A stretch of 64,000 nucleotides of DNA, from assembly GCA_012295275.1 (NCBI GenBank), contig CM022665.1:31744001-31808000 (forward strand), given 5' to 3'. The position numbers were made by a program, and so were the translations under genes. A model generated the notes under the pieces. The model saw nothing but the letters and a program-made list of their open reading frames with translations. It was not told the origin of the DNA and made no database searches. Numbering within the stretch: position 1 is the stretch's first letter; each line of letters opens with the position of its first letter. This stretch comes from Chrysomallon squamiferum (taxonomy: Eukaryota; Animalia; Mollusca). Positions 63,581-64,000 of the stretch are shown here, one piece after another.

Positions 63581-64000
63581 AATAACTAACTGTAACAACA
63601 AGAATAATAACAAGTGTTTGACATATTCCTCATTATTTCACACACTGAGAAAGTTTTATATCAATAGTTTTGTTATAAAATTAGCTGCAACAATTTCTTC
63701 TTTTTTCCATGACAGTATTTCACTAATTCTAAATACAAAATAAAAGAGATTTTAAAAATATTGCATTTCATTTTTCTTTAGTATTATCATATAAAATTAA
63801 AGACAACTGTAATAGACCAGAGCTATACCTTCAGATTCTAATTCACTATTAATAACATTACTGATTCCTTTTTTAAAGCATAATAGCATATGGATATTTT
63901 ATTCTGATATTGTAGTGGTACTGTTTTCTTTTTATTTAAATAAAAATGTTTCAAATCAAAATTGTTTTATAAAACTGTTTTTTAAAAAAAACACCTATAT

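Noticed and set aside
63342-63743. 133-aa plus-strand ORF
   Set aside because: Antisense shadow of the NAV exon plus microsatellite.

Overview
AT-rich, strongly CpG-depleted eukaryotic (metazoan) genomic DNA with spliceosomal GT-AG introns; the gene content and a SINE-like repeat I recognise from memory suggest a mollusc, probably a gastropod (inference). Two conserved genes, both on the minus strand, bracket the window. On the left is the 5' part of a SAMD5/SASH1(SKIP)-like gene: CpG-rich promoter at ~31.1 kb, SAM exon 30566-31000, a 24.4-kb first intron, three further exons at 6.0, 3.9 and 2.9 kb, and it runs off the left edge. On the right are the last four coding exons of a neuron navigator (NAV2/unc-53) gene (61763-63516) with an apparently 6-8 kb 3' UTR. 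Between them is an ~18-kb head-to-head cassette of four secreted modular genes. Two are minus-strand TSP1 + chitin-binding (CBM14) genes: A is intact; B carries a dead TSP1 exon and a premature stop but has a frame-restoring splice path. Two are plus-strand PAN/apple-like + Thr-rich linker + fibrinogen-related (FReD) genes, C and D. A tandem array of SINE-core-like units, dispersed repeat copies and many micro/minisatellites are also present. Gene models were assembled by hand from splice consensus and reading-frame continuity; no searches were run. Most ORFs in the supplied track are low-complexity artefacts.
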